From NCBI RefSeq assembly GCF_900105015.1, contig NZ_FNLK01000012.1, positions 270,001-302,000 of the forward strand: a stretch of 32,000 nt of DNA, in the 5' to 3' direction. The notes below the pieces were generated by a model. That model was not told the DNA's origin. It searched no databases and was given only the letters and a program-made list of their open reading frames with translations. The DNA is from Schaalia meyeri. Lineage in GTDB: Bacteria; Actinomycetota; Actinomycetes; Actinomycetales; Actinomycetaceae. A program made the translations under genes and the position numbers. This document shows, one piece after another, positions 16,342 through 26,360 of this stretch (the first letter of the stretch is position 1; every line of letters begins with the position of its first letter).

Positions 16342-16798
16342 CGGCTGAGCCACCCGGCTAACCGGTCATCGCCCGCCGCTTTGCCGTGCCCGTTCGCGAT
16401 GGATGGGCGCGCGGGGCCAGAACCGCTGGGCCCCCGCCTCGCGCAGCTAGACGACGTCCTCAGGTTACCGTTGTGCGCCAGCGTGCCGGTGGGTTAGGCC
16501 CGAGGCGGGCTGGGCGTCATGCCGCAGGTGTGCGCCGGTCGCGCCGTTGCAGACGTGCCCCATCGTGCGGGTGGTCATCGCCGAAGATACCCCGGTCAGG
16601 CCGTGTTGTGTCTGGCCGCCAGGCGGAACACGATCCGCCCTGTCGCTTTCTGACGCCCTGTGGTGCCTGTCCACGTTGAGGAGCACGCACGTGGACAATC
16701 GGGGCGGATCGCGTGAATTGCGCACAGTTTCCCCCGGTCCATTCGTTCAGCGCATGGTCGAGGTGACACAATGAGTGCAGCAACCGTGAGGAGGAAAC

Positions 16799-19309
16799 GT
16801 GGCCAATCCGACGCTTAGCGCCATCATGTGGGGACTGGCCCTGCTGGTGAGCGCTCTGGCCGCGGTGTCATTTGCGCGGGGGCTTGCGCACATGTGGCGG
16901 ACAGTCGCATCGGGAAAGCCAGCCCCGGGGCGGCTGCGCCCCGTCGGGAGGCGTCTGTGGGGCGTCGTGTCCGCCGCGCTGACGCACCGCGAGTTTAAGG
17001 GCCGCCCGTGGATCAAGGCGGCCCACTGGCTGGTCATGGTGTCCTTCCCGATCCTGTTCCTGACGCTGATCACGGGGTACGCGCAGCTGCGGGTCCAAAC
17101 CTTCACGCTGCCGCTGCTCGGACATTTCGCACCCTGGGAGTGGCTGACCGAGGCCTTCGCGTGGGGCGGCCTGATCGGCATCATCCTGTTGATGGTGGTC
17201 CGCCAGCGCGCCGGACACGGATCCGCCGCGGAGGCGGCGCTGTCGAACGACGACCCGGACGCAGCGGTGACCCAGGCCGACCCGCGCTCCCCCCTGCCCT
17301 CGTCGCTGCCGCACCCCCACCCCCGCGACTCATCGCCGCGCGGCCTGGCATCCCGTTTCCTGGGATCCACCCGCTGGCAGGCGCTCTTCGTCGAGTGGGT
17401 CATCCTCATCGTGTGCGCATGCGTAATCGCCCTGCGCGCCCTGGAATTCGCGCTGTTTAGCGTCATACCCAGCCTCGCGGATCGGGCGAGTGCCCTGCAC
17501 TTCCCGCTCACCGCGTGGCTGGGATCCCTCTGCGCGTCAGCCGCCGCATCCTCCTCTGCGACGCTGGCAAACGCGATCGTCGTCGTCAGCGCCATCAAGG
17601 TCATCACCTCGATGACCTGGTTGACGGTCGTGGGAGTGCAGACCGGCATGGGCGTCGCGTGGCACCGCTTCGTGGCGGTACTGAACCTGTACGCCCGCCG
17701 GAACGCTGACGGAACCAAGTCCCTGGGCGCGGCCGACCACATGATCATCGACGGAAACCCCGTCACCAGCGAAGACGATTTCGACGACGTGCCCGAGGAC
17801 ACCGTCCTGGGCGTGGGCACGGTTGATGACTTTTCCTGGAAGGCCCGACTGGACTTCTACGCGTGCACCGAATGCGGGCGCTGCCAGGAACTGTGCCCCG
17901 CGTGGAACACACAAAAGCCCCTCTCCCCCAAGCTGCTCATCATGAGCCTGCGCGACCACATGGAGTCCGCTTCCTCCGTGCAAATCCTAGAGCAGGAAGA
18001 GGGAGACCAGCACCTTGACGACGACCAGGTGTTGCTGGACAAAGGGGTGCCGGCCTCGCCGCACTCCTTCGACCTGGTGTCCGCGCTCTCCCTGTCCGGC
18101 GCGAGCGGCAGCGAAGGCGTCTCTCCCGTCACCGCTCCCCTGGTGCCGGGCGTCGTCTCCGAGGAGGTCCTCTGGGACTGTACAAACTGCGGCGCATGCG
18201 TCGACCAGTGCCCCATCGACATCGAGCACATCGACCACATCCTGGACCTGCGCCGCCACCAGGTGCTCATGGAGGGCGCATTCCCCCGCGAGCTGGGGCG
18301 CGCGTTCCGCGGCATGGAATCCAAGGCGAACCCCTACAACCAGAGCGCCCGCAAACGCATGGACTGGGCCAAGAAGCTGGACTTCGAGGTGCCCGTCGTC
18401 GGCGAGGACATCGAGGACGCGTCGACGGTCGACTACCTGTTCTGGGTGGGCTGCGCGGGCGCCTACGACGACACCGCGAAAAAAACCAGCGCGGCCATCG
18501 CCCAGCTCCTGCACACGGCCGGCGTATCCTTCGCGGTCCTCGGATCCGGAGAATCATGCACGGGCGACCCGGCGCGCCGAGCCGGAAACGAGGCCCTCTT
18601 CCAGATGCTTGCCGCCCAGGCGATCGACACCCTGAACGACGCAAAGCCTCGCACGATCGTCGTCTCCTGCGCGCATTGCTTTAACACGATCGCCGGGGAG
18701 TACCCGGAGCTGGGCGGCAGCTTCGACGTGGTCCACCACACGCAGCTCCTCAATCGACTCGTGCGCGACGGCCTGCTCACGCCGGTCGCTTCCACTCCCT
18801 CCCCCGCCGGCCAGGCGGACGCCCACGCCAGGGACGGTTCCTCGACACGGGCAACCGAGCCGGGCGTCCCCCTGAAAGTCACCTACCACGACGCCTGCTT
18901 CCTGGGCCGCCACAACCGCATCTACGAACCACCGCGTGAGCTCGTGGGTTCCCTGCCGGGCGTGGAACTGGTGGAGATGCCGCGCAACCGCGAGCGCGCC
19001 ATGTGCTGCGGCGCTGGCGGCGCACACGCCTGGTTCGAGGAGACGCGCGGCACCCGCATCGCTGACGCGCGTATTGCCGAGGCCGCGCAAGCGGGCGCGG
19101 ACGTGGTGGCCACCGCGTGCCCGTTCTGCACACAGATGCTGGGTTCTGCCTCCGGCGCGTCGGCGGGCTTCATTTCCGGTGACGCGCCTCCGCGCCGGTC
19201 CGGGGGCGCCGACGATGCCCCGGAACCGACGGGCGAGGCGGGCGGAAAGCTGCCCGAGGTGCGCGACGTCGCCGTCATGCTGCTCGAGGCCGTCAAGCGC
19301 GGCCAGTAG
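16799..19309 (+). CDS. Membrane-anchored (Fe-S)-binding oxidoreductase (HdrD/GlpC-like, two 4Fe-4S motifs plus CCG domains)
   Basis: 836 aa. AGGAGGA lies upstream of the GTG start. The N-terminus has transmembrane helices. The cluster motifs are CTECGRCQELCP and CTNCGACVDQCP. C-terminal cysteine-rich CCG-type motifs are CAHCFNT, MCCGAGG and CPFCTQM. Confidence 0.85.
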   Translation: MANPTLSAIMWGLALLVSALAAVSFARGLAHMWRTVASGKPAPGRLRPVGRRLWGVVSAALTHREFKGRPWIKAAHWLVMVSFPILFLTLITGYAQLRVQTFTLPLLGHFAPWEWLTEAFAWGGLIGIILLMVVRQRAGHGSAAEAALSNDDPDAAVTQADPRSPLPSSLPHPHPRDSSPRGLASRFLGSTRWQALFVEWVILIVCACVIALRALEFALFSVIPSLADRASALHFPLTAWLGSLCASAAASSSATLANAIVVVSAIKVITSMTWLTVVGVQTGMGVAWHRFVAVLNLYARRNADGTKSLGAADHMIIDGNPVTSEDDFDDVPEDTVLGVGTVDDFSWKARLDFYACTECGRCQELCPAWNTQKPLSPKLLIMSLRDHMESASSVQILEQEEGDQHLDDDQVLLDKGVPASPHSFDLVSALSLSGASGSEGVSPVTAPLVPGVVSEEVLWDCTNCGACVDQCPIDIEHIDHILDLRRHQVLMEGAFPRELGRAFRGMESKANPYNQSARKRMDWAKKLDFEVPVVGEDIEDASTVDYLFWVGCAGAYDDTAKKTSAAIAQLLHTAGVSFAVLGSGESCTGDPARRAGNEALFQMLAAQAIDTLNDAKPRTIVVSCAHCFNTIAGEYPELGGSFDVVHHTQLLNRLVRDGLLTPVASTPSPAGQADAHARDGSSTRATEPGVPLKVTYHDACFLGRHNRIYEPPRELVGSLPGVELVEMPRNRERAMCCGAGGAHAWFEETRGTRIADARIAEAAQAGADVVATACPFCTQMLGSASGASAGFISGDAPPRRSGGADDAPEPTGEAGGKLPEVRDVAVMLLEAVKRGQ

Positions 19310-19489
19310 GATACCGGGCCCGCTCACGGGACACGGATCGACTTACCCCGGCCAGCGAGTGGCTCCGCAAACACGCGCGGGCCCCTTTGGCAGGAAGACC
19401 GGTCAATGGCAGGCACTGACATGCGCCCGGTTGCACGCTCAGGCGTCGTGGATTGCCCGTTCGATTCGTTGGCTGCGCGCACGCACCGC

Positions 19490-21094
19490 CTATTGCCCGA
19501 GGCCCGCGCCATCCGCACTCGAGGGAGGATCTTCCTCGTCCTCCGGGGCTATCTCCTCCAGGCCGACCAAGAAGCCATCCTCGTCAATGACGTTTCCGCC
19601 CACCAGGGTGGCGATCATTCCGGCTGCCTTCTCCACGTCCTGCGTGGAACGCAGCCGCTCAAGGCGCGCGGTGCGGCTCATCGCTCCCACGCCGGGAGTC
19701 GGAGCGGCTCCGGGCAGCCACCTCACCTGATACTCAATGATCGCTCCGGCCGTCCACGGCTCCCAGCGCAGCACGCGCGGCGGCGTGGGCACCGTGTGGA
19801 CCTCGACCATCATGTCCGACCTGTTTCCGATCGGGCTCATGAGCGCGTAACCGTCGACAACCTGCGGCTTATCGCTCTGGGCTTCAAGCTCCTCGCGGGC
19901 CTTGGCGATCTTCGAGGCGATATCCTCGCGGACCGGACCCAGCTCGGCCTGCAACTTCTCGATCTGGGCGACCTGCGCGGGCGTCAGCGGCGGCGCCTTG
20001 GGAGCCTTTGGGGTGATGTCGCGCGCGTCCTTCATGTCGGCGAAACCGGCGCGTTCACGCATCGCGGCCAGCAGATCCTCGGGCGCGATCCAGCGCGGCG
20101 AGTACACCGTCAGGTTCACCGCGGAGTCCGCGTCGGGAACCAACACGTAGCCGCTGCCCGCGATGCGCATGCCTCCGGCCAGGCGGCGCGCCATGCGACG
20201 CATCGCCTCAAGCACCCGGTACTCCAGCCCGGTGGGAACTCCTTCGGGGAACGCCTTCGTCCACTCTCCCATGACGCCGCTGCCCTGCTGTCGGGCGCGG
20301 GCGATCGGGCAGCGCAGGATCCACGCGTTCGTCAACGAGGCCGGGGTCCCCAATGCCGCGCGCGTCGGCTGATCCACCGCCCACGGCCCTTCGAGCTCGG
20401 CGTCGGAGGACAGGCGCAGGCGCCCCGGCGCGATCCACCCGGACTCGTCCCACATGGATATTGCAAGCGCCTCAAGCTCGGCGGGGTCGACCGCGTCCGA
20501 TACCAGGAAGAGATGGTGTTCGAGGGCCTCCTGCGTGTCGATGACGCCGGCCGGTTCGTTCACCTCAATCGCCGCGGCGATGGGGGCCGCCGACTCCGCG
20601 CTGGTGATCTCACCGTCCGCCGCGACCTGGAAAGCCGCGTCCGTCTCGGTCATAGCGTTCAGGGAAACGTTCGTCTGCGTCAGGGGGCTGGCGCCCGACG
20701 ACGTTAGCGGGTTCGGGTCCGCAAACGCGTGGGGCGCGCTGGCCATGCGTTCCTTCAGGGAACGCCTCTGCGGCGAGGCCGGGGCCTGCTGGTCCCGATT
20801 CGTCGCCCCCGAAGAGCGCGGCGTCATGCCCGGCAGCGTGACGCCCTGGATCACGCCCGTTCGGGCCGAGGCCGAGGCCGGGGCCACCGGCGGCATGGCG
20901 GCCTTTGCCTCGCCGCCTGCCCCCATCAGGGGGATCCCCATCACTGGCGTCGGTACGGGCGGCTCCTGCAAGGTGGCGGTCGCAGGTGCGGGAGCGGGAG
21001 CATCCGGCGCGGGGGGATAGCTCACCGCGCGCGCGGCGCGCTCAGCGCGCATGCGTTCACGCCTAGACGGAGGCGGAGGGGGAAGAGATACCAT
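19490..21094 (-). CDS. Hypothetical protein (534 aa) with a Pro/Ala-rich N-terminus
   Basis: The ATG lies 5 nt after the dcd stop, which suggests translational coupling. Third codon positions are GC-rich throughout. I recognise no family. Confidence 0.65.
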   Translation of the reverse strand: MVSLPPPPPSRRERMRAERAARAVSYPPAPDAPAPAPATATLQEPPVPTPVMGIPLMGAGGEAKAAMPPVAPASASARTGVIQGVTLPGMTPRSSGATNRDQQAPASPQRRSLKERMASAPHAFADPNPLTSSGASPLTQTNVSLNAMTETDAAFQVAADGEITSAESAAPIAAAIEVNEPAGVIDTQEALEHHLFLVSDAVDPAELEALAISMWDESGWIAPGRLRLSSDAELEGPWAVDQPTRAALGTPASLTNAWILRCPIARARQQGSGVMGEWTKAFPEGVPTGLEYRVLEAMRRMARRLAGGMRIAGSGYVLVPDADSAVNLTVYSPRWIAPEDLLAAMRERAGFADMKDARDITPKAPKAPPLTPAQVAQIEKLQAELGPVREDIASKIAKAREELEAQSDKPQVVDGYALMSPIGNRSDMMVEVHTVPTPPRVLRWEPWTAGAIIEYQVRWLPGAAPTPGVGAMSRTARLERLRSTQDVEKAAGMIATLVGGNVIDEDGFLVGLEEIAPEDEEDPPSSADGAGLGQ

Positions 21095-21099
21095 CTATG

Positions 21100-21681
21100 T
21101 CACCGTTCGATGCGAGTGCGCGTGAAGCGTTCGTGGGTCCGCGACGGCGTGGGGCCTCGCTGCCCCTGGTAGTGAGAACCCAACCCCTGCGCGCCGTAGG
21201 GGTGCTGGGCGGGAGATGATAGGTCAAAGAAGCAGAGCTGACCGATCTTCATGCCCGGGTACAGCAGGATCGGCATCGTCGCGGTATTCGACAGCTCAAG
21301 GGTCACGTGCCCCGAGAAACCGGGGTCAATGAAGCCCGCCGTAGAGTGCGTGAGCAGGCCCAGGCGCCCCAGCGACGACTTGCCTTCCAGGCGCGCCGCG
21401 ATGTCGTCGCCGAGCGTCACCAGTTCGAAAGTGGCACCGAGGACAAACTCGCCCGGGTGCAGGACGAAGGGGTCATCCGGGCCCACGTCCACCAGGTGCG
21501 TCAGGTCCGGCTGATCTGCCGCGGGGTCGATCACCGGGTACCTGTGGTTATCGAAGAGGCGGAACAGACGATCCAGCCTCACGTCGATGCTGGCCGGCTG
21601 GACCAAGTCACGATCCAGGGGATCCAGCAGAATACGTCCAGCGTCCAGGGAGGCGTTGATGTCGCGGTCACTGAGCAGCAT
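21100..21681 (-). CDS. dcd: dCTP deaminase
   Basis: [12 protein letters not shown]...[10 protein letters not shown]...[12 protein letters not shown]...[36 protein letters not shown]...GMKIGQLCF...[11 protein letters not shown], which is near-colinear with mycobacterial Dcd. The track's GTG at 21699 adds six residues and is probably not used. Confidence 0.92.
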   Translation of the reverse strand: MLLSDRDINASLDAGRILLDPLDRDLVQPASIDVRLDRLFRLFDNHRYPVIDPAADQPDLTHLVDVGPDDPFVLHPGEFVLGATFELVTLGDDIAARLEGKSSLGRLGLLTHSTAGFIDPGFSGHVTLELSNTATMPILLYPGMKIGQLCFFDLSSPAQHPYGAQGLGSHYQGQRGPTPSRTHERFTRTRIER

Positions 21682-21722
21682 GATTCGATTGTCGCACACT
21701 CAGCGCCGCGACGACACCCTGG

Positions 21723-22457
21723 TCACTGCAAAGGCTGACCTTGCGCGTCGCAGCCGTAGGAACCGGAACGCATGAGGATCAGGATGAATTCGATGAACGC
21801 CCAGATGCCAGAGACGATTGCTCCGACGAAGGTGAGCGTCAGGATCAGCTGGATGATGCCGCGCGCCGCATAGCCCAGGTAGAAGTTATGGACACCGAAG
21901 GCTCCCAGGAAGAATGCCAGGAGAACAGCGACGATCCACTGCTTGGGCGGGCCCGCATAGACCTGGCCGTAGCCGGGTTGTCCGTAACCGGGCTGGGCTC
22001 CGTAGGCCGCCTGATCATAGCCGGGCTGACCGCCGTAAGCCGCCTGACCATAGCCGGGGTGACCGCCAGGCTGAGCGCCATAGGCGGCCTGATCATAGCC
22101 CGGCTGGCCGCCGGGTTGACCGCCGTAAGCCGCCTGATCATAGCCGGGCTGGCCGCCAGGCTGAGCTCCGTAGGCGGCCTGGTTCGAGGGCACCTCGGGG
22201 GCGGGCACCGCAGCGTCGTATGCCGCGGCGTAGCTGGTCGTGCCGGGCGTGGCCGTGGCCTCATCAAAATCGGGGGCCGAGGCCTGGGGGAAGCTTGGCG
22301 TTTCGGACGCGGGAATCTCGGGAGCAGGCATCTCGGCCGTGGTATCGATCGCAGGCATCTCGGGAACAGAGGAGCTGCCCGAGGGAACTGCAGCGGCGGA
22401 AGCCTTCGCGGGGTCCTCAGGGTTGTGGGGGTTGACCTGCGGGTCGGGCGTCGTCAT
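21723..22457 (-). CDS. TM2 domain-containing membrane protein with a Gly/Gln/Tyr/Pro-rich repeat region
   Basis: The C-terminal TM2 motif is WIVAVLLAFFLGAFGVHNFYLGYAARGIIQLILTL... The N-terminal region has repeats of the form QAAYGAQPGGQPGYD. Start chosen at ATG 22457, which has GAAAGG upstream. The longer track ORF to 22667 has an implausible N-terminus. Confidence 0.75.
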   Translation of the reverse strand: MTTPDPQVNPHNPEDPAKASAAAVPSGSSSVPEMPAIDTTAEMPAPEIPASETPSFPQASAPDFDEATATPGTTSYAAAYDAAVPAPEVPSNQAAYGAQPGGQPGYDQAAYGGQPGGQPGYDQAAYGAQPGGHPGYGQAAYGGQPGYDQAAYGAQPGYGQPGYGQVYAGPPKQWIVAVLLAFFLGAFGVHNFYLGYAARGIIQLILTLTFVGAIVSGIWAFIEFILILMRSGSYGCDAQGQPLQ

Positions 22458-22717
22458 GGAAGAGCCTTTCGATAGTCGTGAGGGCCGAGACCGGCCATAC
22501 TCGTACAGCCTAGCGCGCAAAGGCACCCGCACGGTAGAGGCTCCCACCCCGAAACGCCCCTGATTATCCCCGGAGGAAGTCAGGGGACACGTCAGAGGCC
22601 CCGAAAGGGAGGCATGGAAGCGCAGCGGATACGGGTGTGGGGTCCGGCACGCGGCCGGACCCCACACCCTGAGCGATCACGCGCGCGACGTCAGCCGCGC
22701 GCGACGCGGGAAAAGAT

Positions 22718-23059
22718 TCAGACGGTCGGAACGCCCTTACCATCCTTCGCGTAGATCCACTTGCCCATGAAGGTCAGGATCATGCACACGAAGACGAAGA
22801 GACCGAAGGCGAAGACCAGCAGGCTACCGATCGTAGCCAGGGCCGTGATGTTGTTGGCGGTACCGATGATGACCAGAGCGTAGCTCACGACCAGCGCGGC
22901 AATCTTGGCCAGGCCAACCTTCGTGTGTCCCAGGTAGAAGTCACCGGCACCAATGCCGCCGAAGAAGAAGTTGAGCAGGCCAGCGACCATGCGGGACTTG
23001 CCCTGAGCGGGCTGGTTGAAACCGGGCTGGCCGTAGGAAGGCTGCTGAGGAGCGGACAT
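22718..23059 (-). CDS. TM2 domain-containing membrane protein (113 aa)
   Basis: MVAGLLNFFFGGIGAGDFYLGHTKVGLAKI... is a TM2 motif followed by hydrophobic helices. It is a paralog of the neighbouring gene. Confidence 0.8.
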   Translation of the reverse strand: MSAPQQPSYGQPGFNQPAQGKSRMVAGLLNFFFGGIGAGDFYLGHTKVGLAKIAALVVSYALVIIGTANNITALATIGSLLVFAFGLFVFVCMILTFMGKWIYAKDGKGVPTV

Positions 23060-23228
23060 GCTTATCTCCTGTGGTTGATGGACCCCTGTGGGGGGCGCTG
23101 TTTAGAAAACACGGTCAGGCTATCGAACCCCTCGGCATTTGTACAATACTTGCCTCGTATTATGCCCCACATCACAGAAAGCGCTCCTGGGGGCGTCCTT
23201 CGCGCCGCACCTTCCATACACTGACTGG

Positions 23229-24152
23229 ATGTTCGCAAAACCGACGATCGAAGCCTCGCAGGCGCTCCTTCACGACCTGCCCCGCTGGCTCGCCGCGCAC
23301 AAGCGTGACCTGCCCATGCGCAGGGACGACGTCACCGACTGGGGAACCCTCGTCTTTGAGATCATGAGCCAGCAAACCCCCCTCTCCCGCGTCCAACCGA
23401 TCTGGATCGATTGGATGAAGCACTGGCCGACCCCCTGTGACCTGGCCGCAGCCTCGTCGGCAGACATCATCGTTGCCTGGGCAAACCTCGGCTACCCCTC
23501 GCGCGCCCTGCGACTGAAAGCCTGCGCGGCCACCATCGTCGCAAAACATGACGGACAGGTTCCCCTCACCATGAAGGAACTCACCCTGCTGCCCGGAGTT
23601 GGCACCTACACGGCCAGCGCCCTCCTCGCCTTCCGCCACCGGGTCAGGATCCCCGTCCTGGACACGAACATCCGCCGAGTGCTGGTCAGGTTTTTGGACG
23701 GAAGAGAGTTCCCGCCCCGCTCCACGCCATCAAAGAAGGAAACGGCGCGCGCCGGCGAGCTGCTGCCGCAAGATGGCCGCCACGCTGCCGACGTCAGCCT
23801 GGCGATGATGGAATTCGGGGCCCTCGTGTGCACCCAGCTCGCCCCCTCCTGCACGGGCTGCATGATGCGAGCGAACTGCGCGTGGGCAAACTCCGGCTTC
23901 CCAAAAGACCAGAAACGCCCCACATCGCAGCCCTACGCGGGCACCGACCGCCAGGCGCGCGGGCGCATCATGAAGGCCCTGCGCACCGCCCACTTCGAAG
24001 GAAAAAACGGACTCACAAAGCGCCGTGTCCTGGACGCCGCGCGCATCGACGGGGGCGACCGCTATCAGCCCTCCCGCGTCTATCGCGCACTGCTCAAAGA
24101 AGGCATGATCGTCTACGACGAAGAACGCAAACGCGTCACCCTCCCCCGCTAA
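23229..24152 (+). CDS. mutY: A/G-specific adenine DNA glycosylase
   Basis: The HhH-GPD core is FEIMSQQTPLSRV...LPGVGTYTASALLAF...VLDTNIRRV. The 4Fe-4S loop is CTQLAPSCTGCMMRANC. Start chosen at ATG 23229; the track's 23139 is an upstream alternative. Confidence 0.85.
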   Translation: MFAKPTIEASQALLHDLPRWLAAHKRDLPMRRDDVTDWGTLVFEIMSQQTPLSRVQPIWIDWMKHWPTPCDLAAASSADIIVAWANLGYPSRALRLKACAATIVAKHDGQVPLTMKELTLLPGVGTYTASALLAFRHRVRIPVLDTNIRRVLVRFLDGREFPPRSTPSKKETARAGELLPQDGRHAADVSLAMMEFGALVCTQLAPSCTGCMMRANCAWANSGFPKDQKRPTSQPYAGTDRQARGRIMKALRTAHFEGKNGLTKRRVLDAARIDGGDRYQPSRVYRALLKEGMIVYDEERKRVTLPR

Positions 24153-24231
24153 CAGCCGCCCGGGAAACGGGCCCGGACACGCGCCACGAGCCGGGGCGCC
24201 CCGATACAGCCGCTGCCTCGTCGGCGAAAAG

Positions 24232-25587
24232 TCAGTACCTGATCGCGTCGATCGGTTTAATGCGCACGGCAGCGAAAGCTGGGATGATCCCGCACAGCGC
24301 GCCGATACTGGAGGAGATGGTGACGCCGGCAACCGCCGCGCCGACCGGGAAGGCGGGCGTGTCGCTGAGGGTGATGCCGAGCGTTTCCAGCGGCAGGAAA
24401 CGCACGACAATGATCGCGATGCCCACGCCAATGACGCCGGCAGCGAAGGTGGCGACCACGGACTCCATGAACACGGCGAAGAACACGCGCTTGCCCGAGG
24501 CGCCGACGGCACGGCGAATACCGATCTCGCGCACGCGCTGGCGCACGGTCACGATGGCGACGTTCAGCAACCCCAGAGCGCCCAGGAAGATGATGATTCC
24601 GCCGATCACCATGATGACGGTGGATATCGTGCCCAGCTGTTCCTCACCCATGTCCTGGTGCTCGCCGCCGGTGACTCTGACCCTCCACCCCTCGCCGAGG
24701 ATGGAGGCCAGGGCGTGGGGCAGGACCTCACGCGCCTCGTCGGCGTCGTCGGCCCCCACCCACGCGATCATGGTCGGGGAACTCATGCGTGGGAAGGAGG
24801 TGCGAGCCGCGTCGTAGTGGGCGAACACGGTCGGCATGTCGTAGCGGCTCGTCGCCTTGGCGACGCCGACGACGCGCAGCGCGGTTCCGTCGCCGCTGTG
24901 CAGGACGATCGGGACCTGGTTGATGGGCGCGCGTCCCAGCTGCTCCCACAGGGACTCCGAGATCACCACGGGAGTCATCCTCTGGTCGGCGTCGCCCGGT
25001 CCGACCCAGCGGCCGACCAGCAGGCGGGTCCGAAAGATCACCGCGTACGAAGGATCGACCCCCTGGAAGGCGACCCCGTCGAACATGTCCGCGATGCCCG
25101 TCAGGGGATAACCGCGGAAGTGCCCGGAAGACCTGGCCTGCTTGACCTCAACGATTTCCCCGCTGCCGTTGGAGGAGCGCGACCAGTAGCGGATGTCGGT
25201 CCGGGCGGCCAGGGTCGCCATGGCGTCTCCGACCGGATCGGAATCGCCGGGACGCTTTGCGGCTGACTCGGACGCGGACGCGCCGGACTCGGGGGCGTCC
25301 GGGTGTGGGCGCCCGCCTTCCGGGGCGCCCGGGTGTGGCTCTTCCGGGGCGCCCGGGTTTGATGCTGAGTTTTCGGGAGACAGTCGCAGGGTCACGGAAC
25401 GCCCCTCGTAGAGTTCGCCCAGCTCCCGCGAGGACTGAAGGAGCAGGTCACCTAGCGCGATCACGATCGTCATCGCGGCAACGGCGGCCACCACGCCGAC
25501 GAGGGAGAGGACGACGCGGGCTTTTTGCACCTTGACTTCACCCCAGGCCTCGATGAGCGCGCCCAGGATCTGGCTGACAGCGTTCAT
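24232..25587 (-). CDS. ABC transporter permease (MacB/FtsX-type)
   Basis: 451 aa. It has an N-terminal transmembrane helix, a large extracytoplasmic domain and a C-terminal FtsX-like 3-TM bundle (RVREIGIRRAVGASGKRVFFAVFMES...). Its start overlaps the upstream ATPase stop by 4 nt. Confidence 0.88.
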   Translation of the reverse strand: MNAVSQILGALIEAWGEVKVQKARVVLSLVGVVAAVAAMTIVIALGDLLLQSSRELGELYEGRSVTLRLSPENSASNPGAPEEPHPGAPEGGRPHPDAPESGASASESAAKRPGDSDPVGDAMATLAARTDIRYWSRSSNGSGEIVEVKQARSSGHFRGYPLTGIADMFDGVAFQGVDPSYAVIFRTRLLVGRWVGPGDADQRMTPVVISESLWEQLGRAPINQVPIVLHSGDGTALRVVGVAKATSRYDMPTVFAHYDAARTSFPRMSSPTMIAWVGADDADEAREVLPHALASILGEGWRVRVTGGEHQDMGEEQLGTISTVIMVIGGIIIFLGALGLLNVAIVTVRQRVREIGIRRAVGASGKRVFFAVFMESVVATFAAGVIGVGIAIIVVRFLPLETLGITLSDTPAFPVGAAVAGVTISSSIGALCGIIPAFAAVRIKPIDAIRY

Positions 25588-26360
25588 TTCCCCTCCTTCC
25601 GGGCGGCGGGCGTCTCGGGTTCCGGGGCCTCATCGCCCGAACGCCCCACGCCCGCACGGTCGGCGAGGAGGCCGGGGACCGGGACTTCGTGCAGGATGCC
25701 GTCATAGAGCTCGTACGCGCACGTGGCCCGCGAGGCCACCCCCGTGTCGTGCGTGATGACGATGAGGGCGGCCTGAGACTCGCGGGCAACCTCCTCGAGC
25801 AGGTCCATGACGGACCCGCCCGTGTCCGGGTCCAGGGCCCCTGTCGGCTCGTCGGCGAGGATCACGCGCGGCCGTCGCACGAGGGCGCGGGCGATCGCAA
25901 TGCGCTGTTGTTCGCCGCCGCTCATCTCGCCCGGGTAGGAGTCCGCGCGATCCCCCAGGCCCACTCGTTCGAGCATGTCCATGGCGATCGAGTGCCTGCG
26001 CAGCAGCTGCGGTCCGGGAGCGTACAGGAGGGGGACCTCAACGTTCTCGGCTGCCGTGCGGGCAGAAAAGATGTTGAATTGCTGAAACACGAAGCCGAAG
26101 TCCTCGCCGCGCATGCGCGCACGACGACCCTCGCCCAGGCGCGTCGTGTCCACCCCGTCCAGCTCGTACCCGCCCGATGTGGGCGCATCGAGCAGGCCGA
26201 TGATGTTGAGCATCGTCGACTTGCCGGTGCCGGATCGTCCGACGATCGACACGTGTTCCCCCGCGTCAACGTCCAGGTTGACGCCGCGCAGGATGTGCAG
26301 GTCTTCCCCGTCGGGCAGGGTCACCGTGCGGGTCACGTCCCGCAGGCACACGAGGCTCAT
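25584..26360 (-). CDS. ABC transporter ATP-binding protein (MacB/LolD-type)
   Basis: Walker A is GRSGTGKST, the signature is [15 protein letters not shown], Walker B is [12 protein letters not shown] and the H-loop is ITHD. It overlaps the adaptor gene by 4 nt. Confidence 0.93.
   Translation of the reverse strand: MSLVCLRDVTRTVTLPDGEDLHILRGVNLDVDAGEHVSIVGRSGTGKSTMLNIIGLLDAPTSGGYELDGVDTTRLGEGRRARMRGEDFGFVFQQFNIFSARTAAENVEVPLLYAPGPQLLRRHSIAMDMLERVGLGDRADSYPGEMSGGEQQRIAIARALVRRPRVILADEPTGALDPDTGGSVMDLLEEVARESQAALIVITHDTGVASRATCAYELYDGILHEVPVPGLLADRAGVGRSGDEAPEPETPAARKEGK

Noticed and set aside
16747-17820. 357-aa minus-strand ORF
   Set aside because: It is antisense to the N-terminal membrane domain of the Fe-S oxidoreductase, which has the ribosome-binding site and clear cluster motifs.
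19406-20707. 433-aa plus-strand ORF
   Set aside because: It is antisense to the 534-aa gene that is translationally coupled to dcd. Its composition is highly Arg-rich and implausible for a real protein.
22457-22667. N-terminal 70-codon extension of the TM2 gene in the track ORF
   Set aside because: The extension (MWGPAACRTPHPYPLRFHAS...) has non-coding-like composition. The internal ATG at 22457 has a GAAAGG ribosome-binding site.
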